Source: Balanoglossus misakiensis
Lineage: Eukaryota; Animalia; Hemichordata
Direction: 5' to 3'
Assembly (NCBI GenBank): GCA_040954595.2
Contig: CM082590.2
Coordinates: forward strand, 1,550,001-1,614,000
Length of the DNA: 64,000 bases
A program made the position numbers and the translations under genes. The notes beneath the pieces were generated by a model. The model was given only the letters and a program-made list of their open reading frames with translations, made no database searches and was not told the DNA's origin. Of the stretch, positions 35,511 through 49,568 are shown in pieces. Numbering within the stretch: the stretch's first letter is position 1; each line of letters begins with the position of its first letter.

Positions 35511-37717
35511 CTTGGCTCAGATGTGCGTTAATGTGTACTAAACAAATTCAGATAGCGAGCCACAATATCTGTTGATGAGTTTCCATGGCAATCATTTTTT
35601 TCATTTTTTCGAAATGGCCGCCAATACAGATAATCTCACCCGCAAAATAACAATTATAAAACACCACAATACATTCATATTACAATATTTGAAACAAGAA
35701 ACTGCTCAAATTTTCAAAATATATATCATCACTAAACTAGTTATAGGGGTAAATACAGGATCGAGATTCAGTCGCTAAAGAAATTCAAGTTTGGTAATAA
35801 CCCCGGTTACAACAAACTTAGTTAAAACATTGTATAACCATATATATGTATTATAATAGTGGCCTGGCATAAACACAATTTTCGTAACATTTGGGCATTT
35901 TGTGATAAAAGTTTAACAAGTAAAGCTCAGTTGATTCGTTATTTTCCCCATAAAAATATCTTTGATGAACAAAATTCCAAATTTAGTTAACCCAGGAAAA
36001 AACGGCATCTTGTTTCTCAACCTTATAAATTAATCTGACCAGTTTGAATCAGTGCAGAATCCAGCTTTTCTATTTTATCTTCATCAAATGATTCATGCAG
36101 ATAAAGAATCACTTCCCCATAAAATGATGGCAGAAATCCAGTATCATGACAGTCGATTGGTTTGTTAAAGTTACTATAGAAACTAACTATGTGTAGGGTG
36201 CATGTACATAGATAGGTGTTAGGAATCAAAATCAAAATCTGTTTCAAACTTTTCATCCAATACTTGTCCTTCGGAAAGCGTTTTGATGAAGTCGCTTGAA
36301 GTGCTTTGTATTGCTCATGTTATCGATAATTTTAATCACACCTTGGTGATAGTCAGCAGTTCTATTTTGACATGTTATTTTGTGTATTTGTGAACCCCCA
36401 AAAGAATAAAATGATAAAGTGAAAATAAGCTTCAAAACACCAAAAGTCTTCAGGATCACAGCTTTTCTGTAAAGAGTAAGATTTCGCTTACTTCATGCTA
36501 TTAAATGAAATGAAGTTTTCCGTAATATCTCTTGCAAAGTCAGATCTTTACACATTGAGATATTAGAATGGAAGTACATTCCAAGTGACTTGTTGGGAGC
36601 CTTGGGGCACCTAATCCCAGAAAATTGCAATAAGACCTGTTTTTCCATTTACCAATCTAAAGGCCAACTGCTTGTATATTTAGTTGGGTTTCTATAATTA
36701 ACACACATTTTTGACAATATTTATGGCATGATGGACACTATTCTCGACAAATAAAATAATGTTGTGTCCTCCGGTGTAATTTTTATGAGTTTGGAATCAT
36801 AGACACCATTTATCTTTTGGTCAACTCTGTTAACAGTCGCCAAAATTGCTGGAGTGGAACTGATACATGATCTAAAGTATCAAGACATATGGTCGATTAT
36901 TAACATTTCAGCAATTTGACTTAAGTTTCTTTAATTTCCTATGGCATTTTGACAAACATTAACGCCCCGAAAAAACGTTGTCAACGCTGCGGTGGCGATT
37001 GTGGTCGAAACAAAGCCGCTTGGTTCGTTACCCGGGGTCCATTTAGATTGCATTGCGTTTGAGGCCCTATGTCTGTCGACCAATAAACGTGACGACCGCG
37101 GACTCAGTTTGGATCAACGTCTATTTCGGGCAGTGGACTCTCCTATCAAGTTGATAAGGAAATTTTACCAGTCACGAGTAAGCCAAGCCCACATCCGTGT
37201 GCAATTCGAATATATCGGTGATCTGTTTATATGATTATCATTAGCTAAGGTGGTAAACTGTTGTGATTCATATGTGTAATTTACGTACTGCAAGTTAAAT
37301 ATCGCAATTAGCCTAATGTTTGACCATAGACAGTATGGTTTGACTTCTAGAGGAGCACCTATTAATCCGAAAGGGATTAAAAGTTGTGCCTTTAAATTGT
37401 GTTTTGATAACTTACTTACCCCTATAAGTAGTTTAGTAACCATAATATCTTTGCAAATCATTCTTTCCACAGTTCCTTGTATCAAATATAGTAATCTAAA
37501 TTTATTTTGGTGTTTGCAGATGTTATTTGGTGGATGAAATTATCTGTATTGGTGGCCATTTTGAAAAATTGGTTGCCATGGAAACTCATCAACAGATATT
37601 TAGTGGCTCCCTATCTGAATTTGTTTAGTACACATTAACACACATCTGAGCCAAGTTTGGTGCTTTTATCACAAAATGCACAATCGCTATGAAAATTAGG
37701 GTTTGGCCGCTCCACTA
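35511..37717. mobile_element. Second, nested TIR element (right end ...GGCCGCTCCACTA)
   Basis: 35511-35640 (CTTGGCTCAGATGTG...CAAATTCAGATAG...GTTTCCATGGCAA...AATGGCC) is the inverse of ~37530-37655. The outermost part of the left TIR is missing or diverged. Confidence 0.65.
35950..36750 (-). pseudogene. Decayed L1/Tx1-clade LINE, C-terminal RT region
   Basis: Manual translation across stops and frameshifts gives IGKWKNR, LGMYF, RNLTLYRKAVILKTFGVLKLIF and LPSFYGEVIL. These are typical of L1/Tx1 ORF2 downstream of the RT core. Confidence 0.6.
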
Positions 37718-40130
37718 CGGGGCTTTAGACGGCCATATTGAATTGCCACATCGAGGCTCTTGTCTCAAAATGAACTTCACACTTGAAGTATTGTTTTGAA
37801 CAAGGTTTAAGTCCTTTATTAAAATAAAGAAAAGGTAATTTTTTCCAATGCTTGTGAGTTTTCAGTACATGTACTGTTACACCTAGCTTTATTATTATTT
37901 GGTAGCCAAAAATCAACGAATTATTCATACAATATGCAAATTTTTACATAATTATTGTTTTATTGTTGCTATTTTGTGTTTATACAACCAAAAAAAGTTG
38001 TTGATGTAAACATGTAGTTTAGTTTCATTGTTTAAGGAGGTACGTGAACATTTCTTTGATGCTATTCATGTGAGAATTGCGATCCTTGGCGGCCATTTTG
38101 ATTTGCCAAAACGAGGCTCTTATCTCAAAAAGATCTTTTGGGAACAGGCATTTTCGAAATCAGCGTAGTCGAATTGACCAAAAAACATATTTGGTTTGCT
38201 TGTACCAAAAAATGCCAGAGGGGGTCACAATTTCTCAAATCTCCACCTGACTATAAACCTTAGCTCAGTTCTTTGTCGATGTATTAATCTTTTATAGTAC
38301 ATTTATGTGTTTTAGCTGGCGTAAATCATCGCTGATCTGACCGCCTATTTGTAGGCCTATATCCGCACCTGAGCAATCGCTAGCAATTATCGCTGCCAAT
38401 CCGAGCAGTTTTCTTCTCGGTTGATTACAAAGTCCTTCCCGTCGAACACCGTATATACTGGTACACAGTCGGTGACTGTGACTGGTAATTTGTACATCTT
38501 CATAAAATTTGCTTTCATCGCAGTCTTCCCCCATGAGCACGAGGCTTATTATCGTACACGGCAATGTTTGTTCTCTCTTCCGGGCCCAGCTTAGAAGCCG
38601 CCCGGTGTTCTGTGCGCGTCAGCTGCACTGACCCAGCCAATCCACCAAGGACGGTACACATTTATTTGTTAATCAAGTTCATACACTACACACATCCGTA
38701 CAAAAAAAGTGAATCAGACACTTGTTATACGAATTACCCTAACATAAACACAGTTTTATTTGCTTAGTCTAATAATTACATGTAGTTCAACTATATAACA
38801 GTGGAAATTTCAACAGGGGCTGGAGACGCATCTTTCCAATGTTAGCTTCAAGTTGAATTGTGACTTGTGACAGATTGATCTGAAACAAAGATCGAGAAAC
38901 ATATATCAGCATGACCTAATATCATAAAAACTTAGAGAATGTCCTCGATAAAAAAAAAAGAATTATATGACGAAGCCATACAAGGACATTGTCCAACACT
39001 AGCCTTGCGTACAGCGATGTGCGTTCCCGGGCAGCGTCAGACATAGCCCGGCATTGTACAGCCTCCATCGTGTAATGACGGGAGGCCGCGTGAATTCTGG
39101 AACACACAGGAGGGCTACAACATAGTTGTTACAGTGAGTAGCTTCAATGTAGGGGCCTACTTTTACCGGTAGTTCACAGACAAGTGACGGACGAACCTCT
39201 CAACTGTCACAGACACTCACCTATCTGTTGTGGGCCATACGGCTGTTTCTGTCGCTTGTGTTGTTGTCTCCAAACGCTGTTCAAAGCGATTGCGTGCTGC
39301 AGCGACTGGACAGAAGTGCTTGACATCATGCGGTACACAGCGTTCTCTCACAAAAAATCAGAAAGGCTTTCGGCACTGAAATTTCTGCTGTAAATTCGGA
39401 ATTTGAATGGTGATCATAGTCTAAGAGTTATTCGTCATTCGCACATAATTATGGGATTTCTGAGCTCATCGCACGTCGCGTTGCTAGAGAGGCCCAGTTG
39501 CGTTGCTAGAGAGTCCCACACAAGGGCGCCCTCATACGTTCATATGTGACGAGCCTCGCCCTTTAAATGTCTACACAAATGCATACTCATGTAATAACCC
39601 TATAATCTTGTAAGGCAGTATAGTGATTATTGGCTGACCTGAAACTTAATCCTGTCATGCTAGGGAGTTAAATTGCGCAGACGCGTATGCGCAAGGGAAT
39701 TCGGCATACTTAACTCATCCATCTTGGGAAAAATACATGTATATAAGATTGTTTGAATATCTTTTTTAATGTCAAACAAAAGTGGACCAAAGTTTTTATT
39801 TAGGTATTTCATTAACACTCATGGTAAACTAAAGAATGTCGTTGAAACTCAAAAAAAATCATCCCAAAGACTCATATGGAAGACACAAGGAACAGCCAAC
39901 TTTGGCCGACTCTGCCAAATACACGTACTGAAATCATGAAATCAGTGGGATTGAACCCTTAACAATTATGTGACGTTTGTGATAGCTTCAGGATCATTTT
40001 GTAAATACCTCAAGATTTAGCACCATAAATTAGGCATTGACAGACATTACTGACATATCACTGAAATGTATGGCGTTGCTGTTCAAGATGTAATATTCAT
40101 CACAGAGTAGCATTTGCAAAACTAGGAGAT

Positions 40131-42990
40131 GTTGTTCCTCCCTCGATACGAGGATGAGCTTGACTCCATATCAGAACGAAGGTCAGTTGTTGTGGGTCCG
40201 AAGATGACTGATGAGGCCAATCCGGGCCCGTAGGGCACGTCCACATATGGGACAGGTATGGGTAGGTGCTGCGTTGCAAGTGTTGGCAGCTCGAGCTTTG
40301 CGCGCTTCACGTTTCTGCTGTGCTTCTGTAGTGCGTCGCTTCTCTGCTGCGCGGGCGCCAGTGCTGACTTTGCTACGCCAAGTAGGACGGTTGGTAGCAA
40401 TCTGCTCCCAGGTGCTGATGTTAATATTCATGTCTTTGAGGGACGCTTTGAGGCTGTCCTTAAAGCGTTTCTTCTGTCCCCCGACTGAGCGCTTTCCTTC
40501 GCACAGTTCTCCATACAATAGTTGTTTTGGCAGTCGGCTGTCGGGCATTCTGACGACATGACCTGCCCATCTGACCTGTGCTTTCTGTAGAAGTGTGTGT
40601 ATGCTGGGGGTGCCGGCCTGTTCTAGGACTTCCGTGTCGGGGATTTTGTCCTGCCACTTGATGCGTAGGAGTCTACGAAGGCAGCACAAGTGAAAACGGT
40701 TTAGCTGTTTAGCATGTCTGCTGTAGACAGTCCAGGTCTCACAGGCGTAGAGAAGGGTGGTAAGCACAACTGCGCGATAGACCTTCAGCTTGGTGGCGAA
40801 AGTGAGTCCCCTCCGCTCCCAGACGTTCTCACGGAGTCTCCCAAAAGCAGAGCTAGCCTTGGCGATCCTGTTGGTGACTTCTGCATCAATGTTCACCGCT
40901 CTTGAAAGTGTGCTGCCCAGGTAGGTGAAGCTGTCGACAGCCTGGAGAGCATGTCCCTTCACCGTGATGTGTGGTTTTCTGAAAGGCTGTCCTGGTGCAG
41001 GCTGAAACATTACTTCCGTCTTTTTTGTGCTTATAGTGAGTCCAAAGTTGTCACAGGCTCTTGAGAGGCAGTCCATCTCGTGCTGCATCTTCTGCTCAGT
41101 GCCAGCGTTGAGGGCGCAGTCATCAGCGAACAAAAAGTCTCTGATGATAGTCTCCTTCACCTTGGTAACAGCCTGCAAGCGTCGGAGGTTAAACAGACCA
41201 CCATCAGTCCTGTACCTGACATGCATCCCTTCCTGGCAATCACGGAAGGCATCTGTCAGCATGGCTGAGAAGACCATGCTAAACAGCGTTGGAGCAAGAA
41301 CACATCCTTGTTTCACGCCGTTTGTCACAGGGAAAGCCTCTGACTCATCTCCGTCATCTAGTACCTTCACCATCATGCCGTCATGGAACTGCCGGACGAT
41401 CGTGATGAACTTGCTTGGGCAGCCAAACTTCTCCATTATCTTCCATAAGCCATCCCTGCTGACTGTGTCGAAGGCCTTTGTCAAATCGACAAAGGTCACA
41501 AAAAGGTTTCGGTGCTGCTCTTGACATTTTTCTTGGAGTTGGCGTGCAGCAAATATCATGTCGACTGTTCCACGTTCGGCCCGAAACCCACACTGACTTT
41601 CGGGAAGGTAACCCTGCTCTAGGTGTTGGAGGAGACGATTGAGCAAGACACGAGCCAGGATCTTCCCAGCTATGGACAGGAGAGAGATGCCGCGGTGGTT
41701 GTTGCAGGACTGGCGGTTGCCTTTCCTCTTGTAAATGTGAACCATGGTGGCGTCTTTCAGTTGTTGAGGGACCTTTCCTTCATTCCACATGGACTGGAAG
41801 AGTTTCGTCAGTTTCTGCATCAGGGCTGGTCCTCCTACTCTGTATACCTCTGCAGGAATTGCGTCTGATCCTGGTGCTTTGCCACGGGAAAGTTGCTTGA
41901 CGGCCTTTCTGACTTCTTCTTCTGAGGGGGGATTGTCGAGATCCTTGTTGATCTCGACTTGGGGTAGGCGGGCGATGGCTGCATTGTTGATCGAGGCGGG
42001 GCGGTTCAGGACCTGATTGAAGTGATCAGCCCATCTGTTAAGAATCTTTTTCTTCTCTGTGAGCAGCTGTGTCCCGTCTGCAGTAAGGAGAGGAGAGGAG
42101 CCGGTCGACTGAGGTCCGTACACAGACTTCAAGGCATCGTAAAAGCGCTTGGTGTCATGACTGTCCGCATAGACCTGTATTTCTTCGGCCTTCGAGCAGT
42201 ACCACGTATCCTGCATCTCACGAAGCTTTGTCTGTACCTTGCTTTTCACACGGGCAAAGGCATTTTTCTTGGCTTGTGACGTGGGGTCATTCTGATGTGC
42301 TCGGAAGAACTGGTGTTTTTCTGACAGGAGTACCTGTATCTCCACATCATTCTCGTCAAACCAGTCCTGATGTTTGCGGGTCGTTGGTCCAAGGTGTTCA
42401 AGGGCTGTGGAGTACACCACTTCTCTGAAAGCTGTCCACTGTTCCTCGGTGCTGACCTGTTCATCCTGGGGTGTATCTGGCAGTCTGCCGTCAAGGTCCC
42501 TGGCAAAATTCTGAGCGATGTTGGTGTTTTTCAACTTGGAAACGTTGAGTCTCTTTGCACTCTTCTGGCCTTGTGGTCTTCTCTTTGGCAGGATGCGAAG
42601 TTTACACTTAGATGCTACTAGTCGATTGTCAGTCCAGCAGTCGGCACCACACATAGCCCTTGTCACTCTCACATCCTGTACGTCCCTTTTCCTGGTGATG
42701 ACATAGTCAATTAGGTGCCAGTGTCTGGAGCGTGGATGCATCCAGGTTGTCTTGTTGTGGGTGGGAAGCCGGAACAGTGTGTTGGTGAGGGTGAGGTTAT
42801 GGGTGGCACACAACTTGAGGAGCAGAAGGCCGTTGCTGTTGCACTTGCCAATGCCATGTCTTCCAATGATCCCGTCCCAGGTTTGGTAATCTGTTCCCAC
42901 TCTGGTATTGAGATCTCCGAGGATGAAGAGCTTTTCTGACTGTGGGACTGCGGCAATGAGGGTGTCCAATTCTTCATAGAACTTGTCCTT
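40131..42990 (-). mobile_element. RTE-clade non-LTR retrotransposon, 5'-truncated, young
   Basis: 6-bp TSD GGAGAT at 40125-40130 and 42991-42996. Short 3' UTR with a CCTCG-TAT-CGAGG stem-loop and an AACAAC tail. The ORF is uninterrupted. Confidence 0.95.
40183..42969 (-). CDS. RTE ORF: partial APE endonuclease + reverse transcriptase + C-terminal C2H2 finger (928 aa)
   Basis: Motifs LGDLNTRVG, TTWMHPRSRHWHLIDY, KAPGSDAIP, QCGFR, FVDLTKAFDTV, GVKQGCVLAP, FADD, CPICGR...HLRTH. Confidence 0.97.
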   Translation of the reverse strand: MDTLIAAVPQSEKLFILGDLNTRVGTDYQTWDGIIGRHGIGKCNSNGLLLLKLCATHNLTLTNTLFRLPTHNKTTWMHPRSRHWHLIDYVITRKRDVQDVRVTRAMCGADCWTDNRLVASKCKLRILPKRRPQGQKSAKRLNVSKLKNTNIAQNFARDLDGRLPDTPQDEQVSTEEQWTAFREVVYSTALEHLGPTTRKHQDWFDENDVEIQVLLSEKHQFFRAHQNDPTSQAKKNAFARVKSKVQTKLREMQDTWYCSKAEEIQVYADSHDTKRFYDALKSVYGPQSTGSSPLLTADGTQLLTEKKKILNRWADHFNQVLNRPASINNAAIARLPQVEINKDLDNPPSEEEVRKAVKQLSRGKAPGSDAIPAEVYRVGGPALMQKLTKLFQSMWNEGKVPQQLKDATMVHIYKRKGNRQSCNNHRGISLLSIAGKILARVLLNRLLQHLEQGYLPESQCGFRAERGTVDMIFAARQLQEKCQEQHRNLFVTFVDLTKAFDTVSRDGLWKIMEKFGCPSKFITIVRQFHDGMMVKVLDDGDESEAFPVTNGVKQGCVLAPTLFSMVFSAMLTDAFRDCQEGMHVRYRTDGGLFNLRRLQAVTKVKETIIRDFLFADDCALNAGTEQKMQHEMDCLSRACDNFGLTISTKKTEVMFQPAPGQPFRKPHITVKGHALQAVDSFTYLGSTLSRAVNIDAEVTNRIAKASSAFGRLRENVWERRGLTFATKLKVYRAVVLTTLLYACETWTVYSRHAKQLNRFHLCCLRRLLRIKWQDKIPDTEVLEQAGTPSIHTLLQKAQVRWAGHVVRMPDSRLPKQLLYGELCEGKRSVGGQKKRFKDSLKASLKDMNINISTWEQIATNRPTWRSKVSTGARAAEKRRTTEAQQKREARKARAANTCNAAPTHTCPICGRALRARIGLISHLRTHNN

Positions 42991-43039
42991 GGAGATACAT
43001 GTAAATTGACAGTTATTTCTAACTTGTCAAATTTTGCAG

Positions 43040-44787
43040 GCGGAATCAAACTTCCTGTTGAGTGGGAAAAAATGGCAGACAATATGCCAGTCAAACGAGT
43101 CACATTGGACCCTAAATCAGACGAGTACAAAAAAGTTGAACAACGGATGACACAATCATACAGACCTACTAGCATTATACAGGTTAGTGTAATAAAACCC
43201 TGAGTGTTTCAAAATGGTATGTGAATGAAAACTTCGGTAACAATGCATATTATGACAGAACCCCATGGCTCGTTCGTGCAAGCACGGCATAACGGTAGTA
43301 TTTGCATCGAGTGTCTGGCGGTGTATTCTTGCGCCCGTCGCTGTCACTCGTGCGGGGGGCAGCAAGAATACACCGCCAGCACGAGTGCAAATACTACCTG
43401 TACGCCGTGCTTGCACGATTGAGCCATGGGGTTCTGTTTTTATTACATATGTTCATCCCATTTTGAAAAAAGGACCGAAAATGAAAGAAATGAGACCGCG
43501 GAATGATATTACTTGTTTCGTGAACAGGCCACTCATTTGCATACAGGTATGGCATAATGTTTTTGGTATCCACTGAGTGCAAGTACCGATGTTACGCGCG
43601 CGCTTGGTGCAAGTAATCGACGGTACATATGTAATAATAAAACCATTCAGATTACTCTGAAGAACTGAAATAAATGCATACAGCTGACGAAAAGTGGTAC
43701 TCTATATGATTTGTGAAAATTATTGGTGATGTACATCACCGAGTGTGAAGTAATTCACTCACAAAATTCGCAGGATTTTTGAAATCAATAAATACGTCGA
43801 CAAATCATTCAAATCACTCTTTGTAACAATGGTTTCTTAGCAGATCGCCCCCCCCCCCCCACCCCCAAACAGTAAATATAACACACAATGGATCGCAAGA
43901 AAAGCAAAGGAGCAAAAGGGAATCAAATTAGATTTACTTGGTCAATCAGTCAGACATTTGTCGGCTCATATGATTTAGCAAACCATAAGTCAGTTTATTT
44001 CTTGTTTGTAGATTGAGCGCATACAAAACCCAAAGCTGTACCGACAATATTCTGTTGAAAAACAATCCATGGATGCCAAGAACAAGCAAGAACTGCAAAA
44101 TGAGAAGAAGCTTTTCCATGGCACTGCTGAAGAGTCCATCAAAAAGATTAATGCAACTGGATTCAACAGAAGTTTTGCCGGGACACATGGTAAATGTTGC
44201 TTATGTACTTTGTTTGGTTTGAAATGTTAGGGCACTTTTAAGCCACATGTAAATGTATTTATAGTCTCTCTCTCTCTTTCTCTGATTTAGTCCAAAACCC
44301 GAATGAATTAATTCTGTTTTTGCCTTGTTCATAGATGTCAAGACAGCACTCTACCGTAGTTTGTAGAAAATTTTAAGCTCATTACTTAGGTGCACTTTGG
44401 TTCATAGACACTTTTTAATAGATCATTTTCAGAAATCCTGACTTGACCTGCACATGAGATATATTTATTTATCTGATTGATTTGTTTGTTTGTTTAAATT
44501 CAGCGGCGGTTCATGGAAATGGTACGTACTTTGCAGTGAATGCATCTTATTGAGCAGGAAGCACTTATTCCAAACCAGATTCCAAGGGGTACAAGTACAT
44601 ATACTTGGCTAAGGTGTTGACTGGTGAATTCACTCGTGGAAAGAGAGGACTTCTTGTTCCTCCAGCCAAAGGCAGCGACCCAACCGATTGCTATGACAGC
44701 GTTGTTGACAACACGACAACTCCGAGCATGTATATTGTGTTCAATGATGCCATGGCTTATCCGGAATATCTGATTACCTTCAATTAG
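43040..44787 (+). pseudogene. Mono-ADP-ribosyltransferase (PARP14/15-like) catalytic-domain exons 43040-43182, 44012-44189, 44504-44787; in-frame TGA at 44551
   Basis: Spliced translation reads IERIQNPKLY...NEKKLFHGT...GFNRSFAGTHAAVHGNGTYFAVNASY*...YLAKVLTG...YDSVVD...YIVF...YPEYLITF. Splice sites are canonical and phases are compatible. The H-Y-I triad indicates a mono-ART. No upstream exons were recognised. Confidence 0.88.
43186..43645. repeat. Intronic interspersed element with an internal inverted repeat
   Basis: ACAGAACCCCATGGCTC..TCGTGCAAGCACGGC at ~43255-43288 is inverted at ~43404-43437. TAATAAAACC motifs occur at both ends. Confidence 0.55.
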
Positions 44788-45159
44788 TTGTGGGACTATC
44801 ATAATGATTGAAATCACAATGCCAACATCACGATCACAATGTTAGAAAAGCTGTCACTTACTGGGGGGGGGGGGGGGGTTCATATTTGGATGGCAGCCAT
44901 TTACAGACAAGAGATTACCGAAATATATATAATATGATGAAAAAATGCTGACAGACATTTCGATTGAACATCTATTCAGGTCGAAAATGCTAGAATGATA
45001 AATGCTGCATCCATGGAATTCCATATTCCATGGAAATAATTCAAATTGCTCATATGAAATCATTCAACTTCAAAAAAAAGTGCTGTCGGTTCTGAAGTGT
45101 CTGTAATGGCTACATGAACTGCATATGAGTGACACAAATTGCACGGTTAATCATTTATT

Positions 45160-45950
45160 TCAACAACCTACCGACCATGGAAAACAACAAACAAGCGGAA
45201 AAGGGCTAAGGGAATGAGACCACTGACCTCGCCCATAAGAAAGTGCCAAGAGACTAAACCCAAATCCAGGGAATGTACTGGAGGTGAACGTTCTCCAGTA
45301 AAAGGAAAAATCTTCTGTGAAACCAACGGAAAACAACCTACCGACCATGGAAAACAACAAACAGACGGAAAAGGACCGATGGAATGAGACCACTGACCTC
45401 GCCACCACGAAAGTGCCAGGAGAAGATTTGACCAAACCAAAAACCAGGGAATGTAATGGAGGTGAACATTGCCCATTTGAGAATAAAGTTGAAAAGACCG
45501 AACCAGGATATGTGTATAAAGCCATTGAGAGAAACCACAAAGAAGAAAGAAACGCAATCATCCATAATGACCAAGTGCATAAAGCGAAAAGAACGTTTAT
45601 TTGCCAATCAAAGACCTTGACAATCAAAGTCCATCACCATCCATCTCAAATAAATGACCGAACCAGAATATGTGTATAAAGCCATTGAGAGAAACCACAA
45701 AGAAGAAGAGAAACACAAGCATCCATAATGGCTATGTGCATAAAGCGAAAAGAAAATTTATTGGCCAATCAAAGACCTTGACAATCAAAGCCCATCGCCA
45801 TCCATCTCAAATAAATGACCGAACCAGAATATGTGTATAAAGCCATTGAGAGAAACCACAAAGAAGAAGAGAAACACAAGCATCCATAATGGCTATGTGC
45901 GTAAAGCGAAAAGAACGTTTATTTGCCACTCAAAGACCTTGACAATAAAC
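45160..45950. repeat. Two adjacent tandem repeats (~173 bp x2, then ~160 bp x3)
   Basis: AACAACCTACCGACCATGGAAAACAACAAAC occurs at ~45162 and ~45332. GACCGAACCAG.ATATGTGTATAAAGCCATTGAGAG occurs at ~45496, ~45656 and ~45817. Confidence 0.9.
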
Positions 45951-46563
45951 GAAATATATTATCGGATCCAGATGCATTTTCGCAGAGTGACCATGGAGAG
46001 GAATCTAGCCATCCAAAGCCGATCTGATGACAATGATGCTAGTACTGACAGATATGTGAGTAGAGAAGTTCTTTGCCCAACGGACACCAGGAAAACCAAG
46101 GCTGAAAGTTGTCAACTTTCAGAAAATAAACATACTAATGGTTAAAGGAAAACCAACGATGCCTTGGCTCCAGAAAGCCAACAAGTCGCCGGACTTTCGT
46201 CATCTGAGACTGTCCACGTTCCTGGCGAATTTGAAATGGGACTACAATATATGTATTCATAACAATAAGTTTCACATCACATCAAACAAATTTTATTTGT
46301 TAAAAATTATTCCTGATATCAAAAGGAGGGTCGATATTCATTACAAAATCACTCTAATCCCAGCAGGGTTTTTTGTACAGGATTGCCGGAGCTTATGACA
46401 ATCAAAAATATACATAAAATGTCGCAAACCACCTTGCATTCACTAGAAAGACCTCATATTTACATTTGTTTCCTGGCAGAAAAGAGAGTAATTCAGTGAT
46501 TTAATGAAATACTTATTAACGAACTTCCATACATGTATAGAAAGTTAAAGAAAACAGTGTTAA

Positions 46564-46952
46564 GGATGTACGTTCATCAAAATTGAAAGTATTTTCATTT
46601 CTTTTAATTGTTGATTTTTGGATTATCCTGTGTATGTATAATGAAAATCTGTGATAGAATATAGGGGACACAGAGCCATGAATTTAGTCAATAGAAGAAA
46701 ACTGCTGACTCAGAATTTTTCACCAATGTTTGTCTATGGGCGAAAATTTTAACGAAATTTATCTCAAAATAGAGCGCAGTGACCACACGATTATATTTGA
46801 CCAATGAATTTATACTTACTTGACTTAGCTATGTGTAAAATTTTGTGAAAATTACAATGGTAGAAGTTTGTTTTCTAGCAATTATTAATGTAATCCTGTG
46901 GGAAAAAGACGGGTGTGCACAGTTTTCCGGTTTATGTTCTGCGCATATATCC
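46564..46952. mobile_element. Kolobok-like MITE
   Basis: TTAA|GGATGTACG ... CGCATATATCC|TTAA: short imperfect TIRs starting with GG, with TTAA on both flanks. Confidence 0.55.
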
Positions 46953-47093
46953 TTAAGAAGTATAGTATCATGAAGAATAGGACTGCATTTTCAAATTGTT
47001 TGCTGGATTCATTTTTCATCAAAAATAAAATCCCAGTACTTCGCTAAAATAAATTTCTTGTGAAATTTCTATTTTTTACACCTAAGTTGACCT

Positions 47094-48813
<1,720 letters not shown>

Positions 48814-48926
48814 CTGCAAAGATAAATACATTTCCCCACAACAATCAATGTGTTAGTTACCCTGAGGATTATAAATACTGGAAAATTCTTGTACTCAGTT
48901 CAGGGTGTGCCTTTCTGCAAATTTTA

Positions 48927-49097
48927 AGGGACTAGTCAGTTTTTCAGCTGGGGAGGGGGTTCTATTTGTAGCTATTAAAAAGTGTGACTGAATCCCCCCC
49001 ATCTCATTAAAGAAATGGACACCCCCTAATGACCCCCCCCCCCGCCAAAACAGGGTGGAACCCCCAACCCCCTGTCAAAGAATCTGACCAGTCCCTA
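48927..49097. mobile_element. Short MITE-like element
   Basis: Terminal inverted repeat AGGGACTAGTCAG ... CTGACCAGTCCCT around a C/G-run-rich core. Confidence 0.55.
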
Positions 49098-49257
49098 AAT
49101 GAAGTAGGCATAATTCATTCACTCAGATTTGAATCACTGGAAAGTCTTCAGAGAAGTCTGGCAAGTCTCCCAAAGGTTACAAATTTTGAGAACAATTGTG
49201 ATTGATCTTTTTTTACTGAATCTTCATGTTACAAATTTAACCCACCCACCCCTAGTT

Positions 49258-49371
49258 CAACACACTACTGATTGGCCGTTACCATGTAACAGATGTTGCT
49301 AATTAATGCTAATTATTTTCACACTATTAGCAACACCCAGGTCATTGCTCTGGCCAATCAGTAGTGTGTTG
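49258..49371. repeat. Fold-back hairpin (~115 bp)
   Basis: Outer arms CAACACACTACTGATTGGCC / GGCCAATCAGTAGTGTGTTG, with inner arms TGTTGCTAAT / ATTAGCAACA. Confidence 0.75.
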
Positions 49372-49568
49372 CGTAAGGTAATTGACTTGAACGACCTCGT
49401 TGCCGTGACATTGCATTTTGAGTTCTATTGACATTGATATGCAGATCTCGAAAACATGAGATAGTTGATTCTAAGGCCAGGCCAGTGTGTAGAATTTCTA
49501 TATATCTAAAACAAAGTGGTCTGGGGTCAGGCTACAATTGCTTATGTTACCTTCATACATGTACATAC

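Larger units (their letters stand above)
33987..38253. mobile_element. Non-autonomous DNA transposon with ~120-bp TIRs (TAGTCAGGTGGA...; possibly Academ-like); left end tandemly duplicated
   Basis: Left end TAGTCAGGTGGAAATTTCAG...GGCATTTTTTGGTACAAGC...TACGCTGATTTCGAA...GCCTGTTCCCA is inverted at ~38139-38253. TA flanks both ends. A ~355-bp direct duplication spans 33990-34343 and 34345-34697. The superfamily assignment is inference. Confidence 0.75.

Noticed and set aside
36700-36960. Possible RING/Chapaev/RAG1-like Cys motifs on the minus strand
   Set aside because: The motifs fall in different frames, and the adjoining sequence reads better as L1/Tx1 ORF2.
38290-39560. CpG-rich stretch with short ORFs and a possible minus-strand donor at ~39220
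   Set aside because: No protein motif or terminal repeat could be recognised, so no call can be supported.
40211-42939. Numerous plus-strand ORFs opposite the RTE ORF (likewise opposite NWD and DIRS pol)
   Set aside because: They are antisense shadows of real coding frames.
45160-46145. ORFs of 100-155 aa on both strands
   Set aside because: They are explained by tandem repeats and contain no recognisable domain.
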